Shown: positions 1-10,047, counted from the stretch's first letter. The stretch: DNA of 32,000 nucleotides from Cardiobacteriaceae bacterium (GCA_965277745.1 OZ255837.1:1529357-1561356); one strand, 5' to 3'. A program made the numbers and translations. The notes: generated by a model not told the origin, from the letters alone.

Positions 1-846
1 CTTGGCGGACGTCTAGACGCCGTAAATCTGCTCGCGGCCGACGCCGTGATTTTCACCGCGATCGGAATGGATCATCAAGACTGGCTCGGGGGGACGCTCA
101 CGGAGATCGCTGGCGAAAAAGCCGGCGTCTTGCGTAAAGGGCAGCGGGTCGCGTTCGCCGATGCGTGTCCGCCTGCAACGGTCATTGACCGGGCAACGAC
201 GCTGCACGCCGAACTGCTGCGCTACGGCGCGGAACTCGAAGCCTCGCGTGAAGGAGAACGCCTGCTCCTTACCTTGCCACAGGGAAGTTACGACCTGCCG
301 CTGCCGGCGCACATACCGGGGGCGCATCAATACGGCCATTTCGCCGCCGTCGCCGCGATACTGGGTAACTGGTTCACGCTCGATCCGCAGGCGTTGAGCG
401 TCGCCTTGGAGGAAGCGAAGCATCCAGGGCGCCTGATGTTGCAAGACGGGGCGCCGCGTTACCTGATCGATGTGGCGCACAATGCCGACAGCGCCGCGGT
501 GCTCGCGGACTATCTCGCGCAGATTCATCGCCCGGGAGAGCGTTTCTTCATCGTTTGCGGCATGCTTCGTGATAAAGATCATCACGCTATCTTCTCGCGG
601 CTCGAACCGCTTGCCGCCGCCTGGTTTTTCGGCAGCCTGTTCGGCGCCCGCGGCACGGCGGGGGAAACGCTTGCCGAACATGGGCGAGAGGCGGGTATCG
701 CAGCGAATAAATTGGTATCATATCCGCATATATTGCCCGCACTAAGCGCCGCACAGTCTGCGGCCGGTGCCGGCGATACGATTGTGGTGATGGGGTCCTT
801 TGTGACCGTCTCCCAAGTTTTGACCCATTGGAGCGCGCATGAATAA
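1..846 (+). CDS. folC: Folylpolyglutamate synthase / dihydrofolate synthase, C-terminal part (5' end outside the window)
   Basis: Frame 1 is open from nt 1. The translation LGGRLDAVNLLAADAVIFTAIGMDHQDWLGGTLTEIAGEKAGV... fits the FolC/Mur-ligase core motif (DH..WLG.T...IA.EKAG). Stop is TAA 844-846. The order folC-dedD-cvpA matches E. coli and Pseudomonas. Confidence 0.85.
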   Translation, partial: LGGRLDAVNLLAADAVIFTAIGMDHQDWLGGTLTEIAGEKAGVLRKGQRVAFADACPPATVIDRATTLHAELLRYGAELEASREGERLLLTLPQGSYDLPLPAHIPGAHQYGHFAAVAAILGNWFTLDPQALSVALEEAKHPGRLMLQDGAPRYLIDVAHNADSAAVLADYLAQIHRPGERFFIVCGMLRDKDHHAIFSRLEPLAAAWFFGSLFGARGTAGETLAEHGREAGIAANKLVSYPHILPALSAAQSAAGAGDTIVVMGSFVTVSQVLTHWSAHE

Positions 847-1474
847 ATGGTTGATTCGTATTCTCGGCGTCATGATCCTTGTGATCTTGGGGCTGTTCTT
901 TTTTCAAAATTGGTTCGCGCCGAAAGTGCCTCGGCAACTTCAGCAAGGCTTGGTTTCCGATCATCGCCCGGACGGTGAGGACAAACCGCAGGGCAAGGCA
1001 AACGATCCTGCCCCACGGGTCGACCAAGGTAAAACGGCGGAAGAGGCCACGGAAAGCAAGCATGGCGATATTCATTTGCTCTCGCTCGAGACGCTTGCAA
1101 ATGACAAAAACACCCCGTCCCCCTTTATACAACAAATCCCTCCGACCGACAAAAGTGAAGCAAACGAGGTGCGGCGGCAAATGGATCGCGCGCAACAAAT
1201 AGGGCACACGGCTTCCTTACCCAATGTCGACAACGCCTGGGTGCAAGCCGGTTCCTTCGGCGATCGGGAAAACGCCGAGCAGCTCGCGGATATCCTCGAA
1301 AAACAGGACATGCCCACCGTGATCGAAAGCGTGACAGTCAACGACAAACGCTATAATCGCCTCTATGTCGGCCCGTTGCGAGAAGACGAAATAGACAGCA
1401 CGTTGCGCCGCTTGTCCGCGATGGGAATCGACGCTCGCCGGATCTCACGTGACCAGGCAAGAGAGAACAGATGA
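839..1474 (+). CDS. dedD: SPOR-domain cell-division protein (DedD-like): N-terminal TM helix, low-complexity linker, C-terminal SPOR domain
   Basis: The ATG overlaps the folC stop (ATGAATAA). There is an N-terminal TM helix (WLIRILGVMILVILGLFFF). The C-terminus WVQAGSFGDRENAEQLADILEKQDMPTVIESVTVNDKRYNRLYVGPL is SPOR-like. The gene sits between folC and cvpA. Confidence 0.7.
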   Translation: MNKWLIRILGVMILVILGLFFFQNWFAPKVPRQLQQGLVSDHRPDGEDKPQGKANDPAPRVDQGKTAEEATESKHGDIHLLSLETLANDKNTPSPFIQQIPPTDKSEANEVRRQMDRAQQIGHTASLPNVDNAWVQAGSFGDRENAEQLADILEKQDMPTVIESVTVNDKRYNRLYVGPLREDEIDSTLRRLSAMGIDARRISRDQARENR

Positions 1475-2391
1475 ATCTACAGGACATCAACTGGCTGGAT
1501 GTGTTGCTTGGCGGGACGGTATTCGTCTCCGCTGTCGTTGGCCTCACGCGCGGACTGGTCAAGGAAATCCTTTCTTTACTCGCTTGGCTGCTGGCGCTGT
1601 GGTTCGCTTATTTGTTCGCCGAGCCGTTCGCCGAGCAAATCGTTCGCCGTCTCATTCCAGACAAGCTGATCAGTTATGTCGCCTCGTTCGGGGGAATTTT
1701 TCTTGTCGCGTTGTTTGCCATCGGGCTGATCAATATTGTCTTGTCTTCCCTTCTCGAATCTATCGGGCTCACCAGTTTCGACCGTATGCTCGGTATGCTT
1801 TTCGGACTTGCCAGAGGGGCGATTCTGAGCGCGCTTCTCGTGTTCTTCGCCGCGTTCATTCCGGCGCTTACCGAGGAACCTTTCTGGCACCGTTCACGTT
1901 TGGCGCCGAGTTTTATGAATCTGGCGAACTGGGGGCTTACTCGCCTGCCTGCGACGATTCGCGAACGGATCGGCACCCGGAATCACCCAGGGGGGCAAAC
2001 GGAAAGCGAGGCAGTCGCGCGGAGCGCGGACAAGCAGCGGCCGGATCCGGTCGATATCCAGTTGGAATCGATACAAAACAGCGGCACGCTCGCCGGACAG
2101 GCAAAACGTCCGGCGATCGATGCGCGCCAGAAAGCGCGGCAGATCGCGCATAGCAACGCCTTGTCTGACGTCGACGGTGACCATGGCATTGCGCTGCAAT
2201 CCTTACAAAGCGCCTTGTCGACTGGACAAGGACAAGCTGCGATGGTCGATGGCCGCCAGGAACGGCGGCCAGTCGCGCGTGGCGACAAACGCTCGGATCA
2301 CGACGGCACGATTTCGCTGGAGTCCTTGCCAAGCGGCGATGATGCGCTTGATCTTCCTTCCGGGAAAAAGCGACCGAGCGGGGAACGTTGA
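1471..2391 (+). CDS. cvpA: CvpA (colicin V production) family membrane protein with a ~140-aa hydrophilic C-terminal extension
   Basis: ATGA overlap with the upstream gene. The first ~165 aa have 4 TM segments and align with E. coli CvpA (GLTRGLVKEILSLL..., DRMLGMLFGLARGAIL). The remaining ~140 aa are low-complexity and carry a thrice-repeated I-x-L-[EQ]-S-[IL] motif. Confidence 0.8.
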   Translation: MNLQDINWLDVLLGGTVFVSAVVGLTRGLVKEILSLLAWLLALWFAYLFAEPFAEQIVRRLIPDKLISYVASFGGIFLVALFAIGLINIVLSSLLESIGLTSFDRMLGMLFGLARGAILSALLVFFAAFIPALTEEPFWHRSRLAPSFMNLANWGLTRLPATIRERIGTRNHPGGQTESEAVARSADKQRPDPVDIQLESIQNSGTLAGQAKRPAIDARQKARQIAHSNALSDVDGDHGIALQSLQSALSTGQGQAAMVDGRQERRPVARGDKRSDHDGTISLESLPSGDDALDLPSGKKRPSGER

Positions 2392-2431
2392 CGCATCGGG
2401 CGTCGCAACGACAAGGTAACAGGAAAAACAG

Positions 2432-3616
2432 ATGGACGAAGACGGCAAACAACACTTCGCGACCCGGGCGATCCGTGGACAATCACAGCATAGTGCGTTT
2501 CGCGAGCATTCTCAGGCTATGTTCATGACTTCTTCTTTCCTGTTCGACAGCGCGCAAATGGCCGCCGATATTTTTGCTGAGCGTCTTGATACTTACTGCT
2601 ATAGCCGTTTTGCCAATCCGACCGTGAAAGGTTTCGAAGACCGCATGGCCGCCCTCGAAGGCGGGGCTCGCGGCACCGCCACCGCCACCGGCATGGGGGC
2701 GATTTTGACGGTGCTGCTCTGTGAATTGTCGGCCGGAGACCATGTCGTGTGTTCGCGTAACTGTTTTGGCTCCACGCTGACCATGTTCAGCAAAACCTTC
2801 GCCAGATTTGGCGTGGCGACGACGTTCGTCGATCTGAGCGATATCGCCGCCTGGGAAGCGGCGATTTGCCCGAATAGCAAACTGTTTTTTCTCGAAACAC
2901 CGGCCAATCCCCTGCTCGATATCGGCGATATCGGCGCCATCTGCGGACTCGCCCATGCGCATGGGGCGAAGGTGGTGGTGGATAACTGCATGGCAACCCC
3001 CTATCTACAGCAGCCACTCGCCTTCGGCGCCGATTATTCGCTGCATTCGGCCACCAAATACATCGACGGACAGGGGCGGGCGCTTGGCGGCTGCATCGTC
3101 AGCAAAGCCGAAGAAGACGGCGAGGCGATCTATAAGTTGATGCGCAGTTGCGGTACGACAATGGGCGTGTTCGAAGCCTGGCTGTTTCTGAAAAGCCTGG
3201 AGACGCTGGCGGTGCGTATGGATCGTCACTGCGAAAACGCCATGCGGGTCGCGACCTGGCTGGAAAAACAGCAAGGCGTGACGAACGTTTTCTACCCCGG
3301 CTTACCCACCCATCCGCAGCATGATCTCGCCCGCAAGCAGATGCCCAAAGGTTTTGGCGGCATGGTCAGCTTTACAGTGGAAGGCGGCAGGGAAGCGGCC
3401 TGGAAGGTGATCGACGATAGTGACTGGTTGTCGATTACCGCCAATCTCGGCGATACGCGCACGACGATCACCCATCCGGATACGACGACGCACTATCGCG
3501 TCGCGCAGGCGGAAAAAGATCGCGTCGGGATCGGTGACGGCGTGCTCCGCCTCTCTATCGGCTTGGAAAACGCCGATGATATTTGCGCCGCGCTGCATAA
3601 CGGTCTTCTCCGCTAG
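2432..3616 (+). CDS. metZ: O-succinylhomoserine sulfhydrylase (Cys/Met-metabolism PLP enzyme)
   Basis: 394 aa, colinear as remembered with Pseudomonas MetZ (YSRFANPTV..FE.R.AALEG, FLETPANPL, PLP-lysine motif HSATKYIDGQG, ITANLGDTRTTITHP). Confidence 0.85.
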   Translation: MDEDGKQHFATRAIRGQSQHSAFREHSQAMFMTSSFLFDSAQMAADIFAERLDTYCYSRFANPTVKGFEDRMAALEGGARGTATATGMGAILTVLLCELSAGDHVVCSRNCFGSTLTMFSKTFARFGVATTFVDLSDIAAWEAAICPNSKLFFLETPANPLLDIGDIGAICGLAHAHGAKVVVDNCMATPYLQQPLAFGADYSLHSATKYIDGQGRALGGCIVSKAEEDGEAIYKLMRSCGTTMGVFEAWLFLKSLETLAVRMDRHCENAMRVATWLEKQQGVTNVFYPGLPTHPQHDLARKQMPKGFGGMVSFTVEGGREAAWKVIDDSDWLSITANLGDTRTTITHPDTTTHYRVAQAEKDRVGIGDGVLRLSIGLENADDICAALHNGLLR

Positions 3617-3714
3617 AGAATTTTCGCGGCGCAAACGGCCAAGGCCACGAACGGCGTTGTAACGAAAGCACGGCTAACCTTCGCCATGCGGCGTCGCTTC
3701 GATAAGTCGTGAGT

Positions 3715-5111
<1,397 letters not shown>

Positions 5112-5169
5112 GGCGGGCTTCCAGCATTTTTCGGTATTATGCCATTTTTGTACGCAAAAGCGGGGAACG

Positions 5170-5607
5170 ATGATCGCATTCTTGCAGCGCACGAGCGAGG
5201 CCTCGGTGCAAATCGATGGGGAAACGGTTGGCGCGATCGGCGAGGGACTTCTCGTTTTGGTCGCGATCGAACGCGAGGATCGTTGGACAAATGCACGAAA
5301 GCTGGCCGACAAACTCCTTGATTACCGGGTTTTCTCCGATAAAACGGGGAGAATGAACCACAGTGTGCGTGATGTCGGCGGCGGGCTGCTCGTCGTCCCG
5401 CAGTTTACCCTCTCCGCAACGACCCATAAAGGCAACCGTCCCGGCTTTGACGCGGCGATGCCGCCGGAGGCGGCGGAAAAACTGTTCGACCGCTTCCACG
5501 CCTATCTCAAGGAACACCACTGTACAGTGGCAAGCGGTCGTTTCGGCGCGTACATGCGGGTGCACCTGGTCAATGACGGCCCGGTCACTTTCTCGCTGCG
5601 TTGCTGA
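5170..5607 (+). CDS. dtd: D-aminoacyl-tRNA deacylase
   Basis: MIAFLQRTSEASVQIDGETVGAIGEGLLVLVAIE...PQFTLSATTHKGNRPGF...NDGPVTF matches the Dtd family over 145 aa. Start moved to the internal ATG at 5170. Confidence 0.9.
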   Translation: MIAFLQRTSEASVQIDGETVGAIGEGLLVLVAIEREDRWTNARKLADKLLDYRVFSDKTGRMNHSVRDVGGGLLVVPQFTLSATTHKGNRPGFDAAMPPEAAEKLFDRFHAYLKEHHCTVASGRFGAYMRVHLVNDGPVTFSLRC

Positions 5608-5722
5608 AAGCGCGGAAGGCGGTCTCGTTCGCTGTCGAGATGAACTTGTACTGCCTCGCCTCCTCGTCAGGATTGGCCTCTTGGAGGCAGCGTGCCGCGG
5701 CGAAGAAAGCGGGAACATTCAT
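5585..5722 (-). CDS. Hypothetical small protein (45 aa), below the ORF-track cutoff
   Basis: Manual translation: MNVPAFFAAARCLQEANPDEEARQYKFISTANETAFRAFSNAARK. Third-position GC is high and the composition is helical and protein-like. The Shine-Dalgarno is weak (AGG). The 3' end overlaps the dtd 3' end by 23 nt. I recognise no family. Confidence 0.25.
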   Translation of the reverse strand: MNVPAFFAAARCLQEANPDEEARQYKFISTANETAFRAFSNAARK

Positions 5723-5919
5723 CGCCTGTGTTCACGAAGTCGGCACAGGGCGGTACCTTGATCATGGCGGGAGTGACTCTGTCTGCGTGAGGTGCTCGCA
5801 GGGATCGCGGCGCGTTTCTATGTGGCGGTTATGGCGCTCAACGTGGTTTGCGAGGTACAAGCTATTTGCGAACGGCAGTGTCCGCCGCGGCAGGAAATAT
5901 TTTAGGTATAGGAGGTTCC

Positions 5920-7407
5920 ATGATCGACTTGATGCCCTTGAAGCGGCCGCTCGCGGCGGTTCCAACCATCGAAATTCTCATCAACCACATGCCGTATGAA
6001 ACACGGGTGGCCTTGATGGAAAACGGGGTTTTACAGGATATTTTTATCGAACGTGAAAAGCGCCGCGGCACTGTCGGCAATATTTACAAGGGGAAAGTGC
6101 AGCGGGTGCTGCCGGGAATGGATGCCGCGTTCATCGAAATCGGCATGGAACGTGCCGGTTTCCTGCACATGAAAAATGTCTTTCTCCACGAAGGGGAGGA
6201 AAGCCGCAAAATCGGCGATCACCTGCACGAGGGACAGAGTGTGCTGGTGCAGGTGCTCAAAGATCCGATTGGCACGAAAGGCGCGCGACTGACCACGGAA
6301 ATTTCCATTCCGTCGCGTTTTCTCGTGTATTTGCCGAATGCCGATGATATCGGTGTCTCGATCAAAATCGCTTCCGCGGCACAGCGCCAGTCGTTGCGCG
6401 ATTTGGTGCTCGGGTTTCACCAGGGACAGGAGGGCGGATTTATCGTCCGTACCGCGATTGAGTCCGCCGATATGTGGGCGATACGCGCGGACATGCAATA
6501 CTTGAAACGCCTTTGGGAATCAATTCTCGCTTCTTACCACAAGGCATGCCCGGGGAGCTTGATCTATCGCGATCTGCCGCTTTATCTCAAAGTGTTGCGT
6601 GATTTCGTCTCGCCAAAAGTCCGTCAGGTGCTTGTCGACGATGCTACCGCCCATCATCAGATGGCGGAATTCGCCGCCAATTTTCTCGTCGAAATGGCCG
6701 AACGTCTGCATTTTTACGAGGAAGCTCTTGGCCTTTTCGATCGTTTCGGTGTGGAAGAGGAAATCGAGAAATCCCTCGAACGGAGGGTCAACCTGAAATC
6801 CGGCGGGTATCTGATCATCGACCAGACCGAGGCGATGACCACGATCGATGTCAATACCGGCGCGTATGTCGGGAAACTGTCGCAGGAAGATACGATTTTC
6901 AAGACCAATCTCGAGGCGGTGAAAGCAATCACCCGGCAACTGCGCCTGCGAAATCTCGGCGGTATCATCATGATCGACCTGATCGATATGGGCAATGCCG
7001 AGCATCGTCAGGGGGTGATAGACGCGCTGATAAAAGCGCTCGCCAGCGACAAGAGCAAGTATGCGATCAGTCCACTTTCTGCGCTCGGTATCATCGAGAT
7101 GACGCGCAAACGTACCCGCGAAAGCCTGCGTCAGGTGATGTGTGAAACCTGCCCGGCTTGTGGCGGACGCGGCTATGTGAAAACCGTGGAGACGCTGGTT
7201 TACGAACTGTTCCGAGACTTGATGCGCGAAGCGCACGAACTAGCGCCGAAAAAGCTCACTGTCGTCGGCGATCCGGCGCTGATCGAGTTCATCCGCGAGG
7301 AGGAATCGCTGGCGTTTTCCGATTTGCAGGTGCTGCTCAAGCTGCCGGTCAGGCTGGAAAGCAACGACGCCTACGCCGATGGACAGTATGAGATCGCGGT
7401 CTCCTGA
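5920..7407 (+). CDS. rng: Ribonuclease G (RNase E/G family)
   Basis: EILINHMPYETRVALMENGVLQDIFIERE..VGNIYKGKVQRVLPGMDAAFIEIG (S1 domain), then the catalytic core and CPACGGRG Zn-link. Start at ATG 5920, preceded by AGGAGG. Confidence 0.88.
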   Translation: MIDLMPLKRPLAAVPTIEILINHMPYETRVALMENGVLQDIFIEREKRRGTVGNIYKGKVQRVLPGMDAAFIEIGMERAGFLHMKNVFLHEGEESRKIGDHLHEGQSVLVQVLKDPIGTKGARLTTEISIPSRFLVYLPNADDIGVSIKIASAAQRQSLRDLVLGFHQGQEGGFIVRTAIESADMWAIRADMQYLKRLWESILASYHKACPGSLIYRDLPLYLKVLRDFVSPKVRQVLVDDATAHHQMAEFAANFLVEMAERLHFYEEALGLFDRFGVEEEIEKSLERRVNLKSGGYLIIDQTEAMTTIDVNTGAYVGKLSQEDTIFKTNLEAVKAITRQLRLRNLGGIIMIDLIDMGNAEHRQGVIDALIKALASDKSKYAISPLSALGIIEMTRKRTRESLRQVMCETCPACGGRGYVKTVETLVYELFRDLMREAHELAPKKLTVVGDPALIEFIREEESLAFSDLQVLLKLPVRLESNDAYADGQYEIAVS

Positions 7408-7461
7408 GGCGGTGAATCGCCCGCCCTCGCGATCATGCATGCTTCGCTTATCGCGAACACC

Positions 7462-7486
7462 AACGCCTGCCATGGCAGGCGTTTTT
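7462..7486 (+). terminator. Rho-independent terminator after rng (overlaps the hpt stop codon)
   Basis: AACGCCTGCC-AT-GGCAGGCGTT is a perfect 10-nt inverted repeat followed by TTTTT. Confidence 0.6.
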
Positions 7487-8054
7487 ACCGTTCGTTGTCC
7501 TCGGCCAATGCGTAAATGCCAGGCAGGTGGCGCAGATAGCCGTGATAATCCATGCCGCAGCCATAGATATATCGGTCCGCCACGTTGGTGCCGATGAAAT
7601 CGGCCCTGAAATCGCGCACTTTGCGGTCGTGCGTCTTGTCGATCAACACGCAGCAGCGCAGTGATTTCGGGTGTTGCTTTTCGAGTTCCCGTGCAATGGC
7701 CTTTAGGGTGACGCCTTCGTCGAAGATATCGTCGACGAGGAGGATGTGTTCCCCGGCGAGCGCCATGTTCGGACGTTGCTTCCACAGGACATTCGCGGTG
7801 CTTTGGTTGTCGCGGTAGCGGGTCACGTGGAGGTATTCCATGCGGTGAAAGAAAGTCAGTTTGGTCAGGAGTTGTCCGGCTGGAATCAAACCGCCGTTCA
7901 TGACCACGATCACGATCGGATTGAGATCGGCGTAATGCAGATTCAGTTGCGCGGCAAGACGATCGTAGACGGCGTTGATCTCCGCGCTGGTGATCAGGCA
8001 CTGCGAGTCACGCAAAATGCGTTCCAGCGTCTTCTTGCTTAGCTGCCGCGGCAT
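7485..8054 (-). CDS. hpt: Hypoxanthine-guanine phosphoribosyltransferase
   Basis: 189 aa. PRPP-binding motif HILLVDDIFDEGVTL, plus VLIDK.HDRK and RYIYGCGMDY.GY.R.LPGIYA. Colinear with the Pseudomonas-type Hpt as I remember it. Confidence 0.85.
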   Translation of the reverse strand: MPRQLSKKTLERILRDSQCLITSAEINAVYDRLAAQLNLHYADLNPIVIVVMNGGLIPAGQLLTKLTFFHRMEYLHVTRYRDNQSTANVLWKQRPNMALAGEHILLVDDIFDEGVTLKAIARELEKQHPKSLRCCVLIDKTHDRKVRDFRADFIGTNVADRYIYGCGMDYHGYLRHLPGIYALAEDNER

Positions 8055-8248
8055 CTTGCGGTGAGGGAAAACGTTGTCTTGGCCGTCACGATTGCGCTGA
8101 TCATGGCGATTTTCGCGAGTGGATTGTCGTCCCCGTTGGACGACGAATGTGTCCGCCCCGCAAGCGCCTCTGCCTTCACCGGATCGGTCGCTTCGGCGCG
8201 CGGATCGTTCGTGCTGTTTGACATAACGATGACGAATTTCTCGGTCAT
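8039..8248 (-). CDS. Hypothetical small protein (69 aa), between nagZ and hpt
   Basis: ORF in the same orientation as its neighbours, with high GC3. There is no recognisable Shine-Dalgarno or family. It overlaps the hpt start by 16 nt. A competing plus-strand ORF (8061-8330) has similar codon statistics. Confidence 0.25.
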   Translation of the reverse strand: MTEKFVIVMSNSTNDPRAEATDPVKAEALAGRTHSSSNGDDNPLAKIAMISAIVTAKTTFSLTARCRGS

Positions 8249-8269
8249 GGTGGATGGAGCAAAACGATA

Positions 8270-9280
8270 TTATGCCACAGCGAAGAGCGTGTCGCGATGT
8301 GCGGCGCAGGCGGCTTTCGCCGCCGTGTAATGTAACGCCGCGACGCCGGAATCCACCCAGCGGGCGCGTAGACGGGCAAGGCGCCGTCTCGATAGCGCGT
8401 CGTGGCGGCGGCGCAGGGGGGCGGCAAGGGCTTCGTCCATGGCGGAAAAATCGTTGCCGATCATCGCCACATCGGCGCCCGCGTCCAGTGCCGCCTGTAC
8501 GCGCCGGCCGGGTTCGGGAAAGCCTTTGGCGGCGGCCATGTCGAGATCGTCACTGAGGATCGCCCCGCGGAAACCGGCGGTGCGCAATTCGCCGAGGCAG
8601 GTGCGGGAAAAACCGGCCGGAAGGGCGCTTTCCGGAAGGAGAATGTGGGCGCTCATGATTGCTTCGATGCCGCTGCGGATACTGGCGATAAACGGAAAGC
8701 GGTCGCCCTCGCGCGCCTCGTAGGCGCGATTGTCCTGCGGTAGCGTGTGATGCGAGTCCGCCTTAAGACGACCATGACCCGGAAAGTGCTTGCCGACCGC
8801 CGCCATGCCGACTGCCGCCATGCCGTGGCGCAGCGCCTGTGACAGGAGGAAGACAACGGCGGGATTGGCGTGGAAGGCGCGCTTACCGATTACCGCCGAG
8901 ATTTCGTCCTGTAGATCGAGTACCGGCGTGTAACTGAAATCAATGTCGAAGCGGCGTAATTCATAGGCGAGAATCGCCCCAGTGTGTTCGGCGAGCGCTA
9001 AGGCAAGCAGCGGACGCCGGTCGAAGAGGCGTCCGAAAGCCGCGGCTTCCGGCAGTTCGCTGAACGCTTCGCGAAAACGCTGTACACGCCCGCCTTCATG
9101 GTCGACGCTGATCAGAGTGCGCGCGGCGATGGCCCGGATCTCTTCGATCAAAGCGGTGAGTTGTCCGCTATTTTCATAATTGCGTGAGAAAAGGATAACG
9201 CCGCTACAGTGCGGGTGGGCGATGCGCGCGCGGTCTTCGCTGTCGAGTTTGGTCGCGCGGATCCCGATAAACAGGCACAT
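8270..9280 (-). CDS. nagZ: Beta-N-acetylhexosaminidase (peptidoglycan recycling)
   Basis: MCLFIGIRATKLDSEDRARIAHPHCSGVILFSRNY...ISVDHEGGRVQRF...KHFPGHG...ILSDDLDM is the GH3 NagZ signature. Start trimmed to ATG 9280 (336 aa), because the upstream ORF extension runs into yggX. Confidence 0.88.
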   Translation of the reverse strand: MCLFIGIRATKLDSEDRARIAHPHCSGVILFSRNYENSGQLTALIEEIRAIAARTLISVDHEGGRVQRFREAFSELPEAAAFGRLFDRRPLLALALAEHTGAILAYELRRFDIDFSYTPVLDLQDEISAVIGKRAFHANPAVVFLLSQALRHGMAAVGMAAVGKHFPGHGRLKADSHHTLPQDNRAYEAREGDRFPFIASIRSGIEAIMSAHILLPESALPAGFSRTCLGELRTAGFRGAILSDDLDMAAAKGFPEPGRRVQAALDAGADVAMIGNDFSAMDEALAAPLRRRHDALSRRRLARLRARWVDSGVAALHYTAAKAACAAHRDTLFAVA

Positions 9281-9362
9281 GGCATGGGCCAAAAGGAAGA
9301 AAACGGCATGGTACCATAGAATGGCTTTCGTTTTCTTATCGCCCAAGCGGCAGGGAGTCTTC

Positions 9363-9623
9363 ATGTATTGTCGAAAATTACGTAGAGAAGGAACGCCGCT
9401 TCCCCGCAAACCCCTGCCAGGAGCGATCGGCGAGCGTATCTTGCGTGAGATTTCCCGCGAAGCCTGGGAGTTGTGGCTCAAACAGCAAACGATGCTGATC
9501 AACGAGTATCATCTCTCTTCCTTCGAGCCGGAGGCGCAATCTTTTCTGCGCGCGCAAATGGAGGGCTTTCTGTTCGGGGATCGGGAAGCGCGTCCCGAAG
9601 GGTATCGCCCCGTAGGGGAGTGA
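9363..9623 (+). CDS. yggX: Fe(2+)-trafficking protein YggX
   Basis: 86 aa: MYCRKLRREGTPL..PLPGAIGERILREISREAWELWLKQQTMLINEYHL...FLFG. Close to E. coli YggX (ISKEAW..W...QTMLINE). Confidence 0.88.
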   Translation: MYCRKLRREGTPLPRKPLPGAIGERILREISREAWELWLKQQTMLINEYHLSSFEPEAQSFLRAQMEGFLFGDREARPEGYRPVGE

Positions 9624-9647
9624 ATGTCTCTCCTTTTCTGCAGGTGC

Positions 9648-9675
9648 TTGACGACAGGGGAAAAATACGCTTTAA
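9648..9675 (+). promoter_or_regulatory. Candidate sigma70 promoter for tRNA-Phe (and possibly rpmB-rpmG)
   Basis: TTGACG (9648-9653), a 16-nt spacer, TTTAAT (9670-9675), then a GC-rich GCGCGC discriminator typical of stable-RNA promoters. The tRNA 5' end lies 12 nt further downstream. Confidence 0.4.
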
Positions 9676-9687
9676 TGCGCGCTTTTC

Positions 9688-9763
9688 CGGCCAAATAGCT
9701 CAGTCGGTAGAGCAAAGGACTGAAAATCCTTGTGTCCGTGGTTCGATTCCACGTTTGGCCACC
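9688..9763 (+). tRNA. tRNA-Phe (anticodon GAA), CCA encoded
   Basis: GGCCAAATAGCTCAGTCGGTAGAGCAAAGGACTGAAAATCCTTGTGTCCGTGGTTCGATTCCACGTTTGGCCACCA. Acceptor stem is GGCCAAA/TTTGGCC, the anticodon loop is CT-GAA-AA, and the T-loop is GGTTCGATTCC. Near-identical architecture to E. coli tRNA-Phe. Confidence 0.95.
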
Positions 9764-9799
9764 ACCGATTCTTCCGTTTACAAGCGATGAGGTAATGTG

Positions 9800-10036
9800 A
9801 TGTCACGGACATGCCAGGTAACCGGTAAAAAACCGATGGTAGGCAATACTGTCTCCCATGCGCACAACAAAACGAAACGCCGCTTTCTGCCCAATCTCCG
9901 CCAACACCGTTTTTGGGTGGCAAGTGAAAAGCGTTTTGTCAAACTGAAAGTCTCCACCCACGGCATGCGCATCATCGATAAAAAAGGCATCGACGCCGTA
10001 CTCGCCGATATTCGTGCCCGTGGCGAAAAAATCTAA
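9800..10036 (+). CDS. rpmB: 50S ribosomal protein L28
   Basis: [67 protein letters not shown] Shine-Dalgarno 8 nt upstream of ATG 9800. Confidence 0.95.
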   Translation: MSRTCQVTGKKPMVGNTVSHAHNKTKRRFLPNLRQHRFWVASEKRFVKLKVSTHGMRIIDKKGIDAVLADIRARGEKI

Positions 10037-10047
10037 GGAATGCGATA

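Noticed and set aside
1937-2482. Multiple overlapping ORFs on both strands across the cvpA tail (for example 1937-2482 minus, 2120-2419 plus)
   Set aside because: The region is open in nearly every frame because of GC-rich low-complexity sequence. Only the cvpA frame shows a repeated peptide motif and continuity with a real domain.
5112-5312. Upstream extensions of the tracked ORFs for pyrB (to 5312), nagZ (to 9502), rng (from 5848), dtd (from 5110), yggX (from 9180) and the ABC ATPase (from 10232)
   Set aside because: Homology to the respective families starts at internal start codons with better Shine-Dalgarno context. The extensions overlap divergent neighbours or terminators.
6520-7236. 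238-aa minus-strand ORF inside rng
   Set aside because: It is an antisense shadow ORF, while rng on the plus strand is unambiguous.
9308-9317. 10-bp perfect palindrome ATGGTACCAT (with GGCATGG repeated at 9281 and 9305) in the nagZ/yggX divergent spacer
   Set aside because: It is short enough to occur by chance, and no matching regulator or second site is seen. It is noted only as a possible operator.
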